A stretch of 64,000 nt of DNA from Klebsormidium nitens (lineage: Eukaryota > Plantae > Klebsormidiophyceae): positions 124,001 through 188,000 of the forward strand of contig DF236964.1 in the NCBI GenBank assembly GCA_000708835.1, read 5' to 3'. Every line of letters begins with the position of its first letter. The stretch's first letter is position 1. Positions 60,917 to 64,000 of the stretch are shown one piece after another. Position numbers and translations under genes: made by a program. Below the pieces are notes generated by a model, which saw nothing but the letters and a program-made list of their open reading frames with translations, ran no database searches and had not been told where the DNA came from.

Positions 60917-62488
60917 GTCGGTCGTGTCTCCCTTCATTCCACCCAGACGGTTCTTCTCCCGACGCAGTCAGGACCGCGTGCATTGCTCTGAGCATAACGA
61001 GACCAAAACGGACATAACCCCCGTCATTGTAACAATCAACAAAACCCGGCTCGAGTCCAGTCAAGCTGCTTGGGTGGCCGTTTGAGAGGATCCGCTGACT
61101 TTATGAGGCCTGAGGGTTCCGACAACTTGAAAAGGGCAGATACGACCTAGGTGGGTTGTCCATGTGCCAGGAACACGACCCGGGGTATGCGGTTTCAAGT
61201 GCGCCATGCTTGCACTCAGGCCTGCATGGAACTTGTCATTCACGGCCGTGGTAGCCCCTCAGTTATGTACGACGACGATCTTAATGATGACCGCCGTTTT
61301 TCGAGTGTCTCAAGGTCATCATGGCGCATCAACAGTAGTGCAGTGCGCAAATTTGATCCAGGGAACCGATTGCAGTTAAGTGATTTTAGTTGGCCGGATT
61401 TGGCAGCAAGTGAAAGGCGCAGGATGTCGACAGCGGCAACTGGCAAAACCTTTCCGTGCTAGCGGCGAATCCTACACAATCGACTATATGGATCATGCTT
61501 GCTGCAGCGCCTAGCCGCCGTTTGCCTGCCGGCCGTGATATCGGACTCACGAAGGTACTCAGTTGGCTAGATCCATGCATCGGCAAACCTTGTCAAGTGT
61601 CCAGTCGGATGGTGAGTACCTGCTGCAGTCGACCCGGCTAGCGCCAGCGTAATTGACGTGGCCATCGACCTGGCCACGTACGTTGATAATTAAGTATATA
61701 TAGCTACGTAACGTACATATACTAATGGAATCGATACCGAAAGAAACCATGTCGCAATCTTAAATCAAATATTCACGAGTCGACGCACTACAAACATGAA
61801 TTTCAATGCCCCGCGCTTGAATGGCACATGCATGTGCACAGTGACATGTGCGATGTATTCGTAGCGGGCGACTCGCGGGCGTCATGCAACAAGTCGCTGA
61901 TCGTTGTACTTCACCGACGCAATATAAACGAGTCTGAGGCTTGGTCACTAGTCGCTACATGCACACCCCGCAGGCGGCTGCAGAGCAGGCCCGTCCATTA
62001 ACTAATTAACGTTGCGTAAACGAGCACCGGCTTATGATCCAATGATGGCGCGGCGGCATGCATACCGTCCCAGCACGATCTGCCACGATCGAGACTGTGC
62101 GGTGAGATACGGATATAGTTACAGCTACTAGGCTACAATGTCGCATTGACCCTGCAGTGCATCATTTTGTTGGCCTCTAACTGTCCGACGCTTTTAAGGA
62201 CCGGACTGTCATCTTCAGTCGCTGTAGCACACGCCCCCGCCATCGCAATCGTGTCCCCTTCGAGTGATTTGTTTACGCTTTGACCTGAATCCAATCGACT
62301 AGCTCAAAAAAAATATCAGACCTTTACTGACTTGCTAATTCGACTATACAATTTGTTCCATCTTTTCACATTTGAATTACGACGGTGGGAAAAATATCCC
62401 TACTTTTGTAACAACACTGGTTTTGAGGATCAAGACATCAAGCTCCTCAGCTAGAGCCGTGGAGTAATACAGCCGCTCCATGCCTACC

Positions 62489-64000
62489 CTACGGGCACGT
62501 GGTCGTCCTCGCGGCCACCGGCGTGATGTTATAATATGCGTTGCTGGTCTTATTTAGGCTAATAGCGTATGTCGCCAAGGCGTCGACCGCCGGCTGGAAC
62601 TGGATCGCAACGCACCCCTTCATGACGACATTGGCGCATACTTGGCACCATTTCCCCTGGGTCGAGATTGCGTTGGGTTGCGCAAACGCCAGAAAGTCGT
62701 CGAGGGAGCAGGCACCTTCGCCCGCAAGCTGCTCGGCGGTAGAACCTGCGAGAGACACAAGGCTTACGTTATTTCCGGTCGGTAGGGAGCAGACGTTATT
62801 CAGATCTTGGTCTTGAAGGCGCACACTTGGCAGCATTTTTCTGGGGCCGAGATGGCGTTGGGTTGCGCAAACGCCAGAAAATCGTCGAGGGAGCCGGCGC
62901 CTTCGCCCGCGAGCTGTTCGGCGATCGAGCCTGCAACTCACAAGATTACAACGTTTGAAGGTTGTAAAGACGAGTGCGTTCGAAGCCCGCACCTACAGGC
63001 GGACACCTGTCACCGTTTTTGGGTCGAGGTTTCGTCGGATTGGACTTCATCGAGGAGCACGGGCCGGCACATGCGAGATGTTCGGCGATTGCGCTTGCAA
63101 CGCGGCCAAAAAGACCGTTTCGTCTCTCCTAAGATTGAAAATGCAAGACTGGTGCGCCCAATTTCGGACGGCTTTGATTCCGGACGGGCAAACCCGAAAT
63201 TCAAGCTTGTACCAGGCCCTTTGTCATTTTGCAATTGCAAGGCGACGTTGGAAGACCTTTTTGACACCATTCGAGCTATCGACAGTATTGCAAGCCTAAC
63301 CCCTGCTCATCGTACGGGAGGGCGAGGGGGGGTTGAGAATCGGTCTTTGCGATCAGTAGAAAACAATGCTCAACTTGGAAAACATCTTGGACTCGTCCTC
63401 GAAATACTAGACCCATATCGAAGTTGACTGTATGGGTCAATTCGCAATCGCGAACGAGATGAGGTGAGTCCAAGAAATTTCGACCTCAAAAGCGGATCAT
63501 TTTCTGCCGCACCTCTCTTTTTACGCTCACCTGCGCTCGTGCACTTGATAGACACGCGCGGAGGGTCCAGTCATGCGGACGGCCTAGTTGTGGAGAGCCT
63601 TTTTTGGAGGGCTTTCACGGTTTGGATATATCGAGAATATAGCTTTTGAGGTTCTGAAGTGCTCACCCATGCACGGGAGACTAATGGGAACGTAAGGAGC
63701 GTCCACTCCGTCTTGCGTCAGCATGCGGACGGCCCACTGCATTTGGGCTTTCTTTAAAAGAGTTTTTTTTTGGGTTTAGAGATTTCAATCTTCAGGGTGT
63801 AGGGTTTAGGGTCTAGGGTCTAGGATTAGGGTTTAGGGTTTTGATGTTTGACTGCTCACCCGCGCACGGGAGACTGATGGGCACGTACGGAGTGTCCACT
63901 CCGTCTTGCGTCAGCATGCGGACGGCCCAGCTGTATCCGGACAGCGGCAGTCCGGGCGGCGACTCGGAGATGGCCGGGGGGCGGTTGCTGTGGAGCTCGA
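62489..64000 (-). CDS. 3' end of a probable histidine acid phosphatase (partial). Exons >64000-63860 and 62745-62489
   Basis: ELHSN..YSWAVRMLTQDGVDTPYVPISLPCA|GSTAEQLAGEGACSLDDFLAF fits the EL..VR.L..P..LP.C..C.L..F C-terminal pattern of histidine acid phosphatases. The catalytic RHG motif is outside the window. Confidence 0.55.
62800..62930 (-). repeat. Upstream copy of acceptor plus 5' part of the last phosphatase exon (open, possible alternative terminal exon)
   Basis: ttgcag|GCTCGATCGCCGAACAGCTCGCGGGCGAAGG vs real ctcgcag|GTTCTACCGCCGAGCAGCTTGCGGGCGAAGG. Confidence 0.9.
63661..63737 (-). repeat. Downstream copy of exon end plus donor of the phosphatase exon ending at 63860
   Basis: gctcaccc..gcacgggagact..ccactccgtcttgcgtcagcatgcggacggccca at both 63661-63737 and 63854-63930. 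Confidence 0.92.
63800..63842. repeat. Interstitial plant-telomere-like/telobox tract (TTTAGGG variants) in an intron
   Basis: agggtttagggtctagggtctaggattagggtttagggtttt; a similar short tract lies at ~59775-59800. Confidence 0.7.

Noticed and set aside
61640-61685. 8-bp hairpin (cgtggcca..tggccacg) near CTAG as a possible Helitron end
   Set aside because: Spacing and flanking base do not fit, and no matching 5' TC end was identified.
1-64000. tRNA, rRNA, snoRNA genes and CRISPR arrays
   Set aside because: None recognised by eye. The ~143-180-bp arrays are exon-derived eukaryotic repeats, not repeat-spacer arrays. A covariance-model scan would be needed to exclude small ncRNAs.

Overview
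Eukaryotic, intron-rich genomic DNA. The gene set and TTTAGGG tracts suggest a green-lineage organism, probably a streptophyte alga (Klebsormidium-like; inference). Contents: (1) a young, intact Ty3/Gypsy LTR retrotransposon (2913-9769, minus strand; 405-bp LTRs differing at one base; single gag-pol ORF) apparently inserted in a stop-riddled ORF relic; (2) Elongator subunit ELP1 (8 exons, minus; 6.75-kb intron); (3) a NOT4-type C4C4 RING protein with a very long disordered tail; (4) a two-helix LHC-like protein; (5) an unannotated spliced 73-aa prefoldin-beta/ASDURF-like micro-ORF that appears spliced onto the same mRNA as molybdopterin synthase small subunit CNX7/MOCS2A (candidate bicistronic transcript); (6) an 18-exon CHASE-domain hybrid histidine kinase (cytokinin-receptor-like) with a GC-AG intron; (7) splicing factor HTATSF1/CUS2; (8) the 3' end of a probable histidine acid phosphatase. 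The most striking window-wide pattern is 'splice-junction echoes'. In five unrelated genes, copies of acceptor plus exon start lie upstream of the real exon and/or copies of exon end plus donor lie downstream of it, and most copies keep AG/GT. All exon models were built by hand from GT/AG signals and frame continuity, with no transcript data or database searches.
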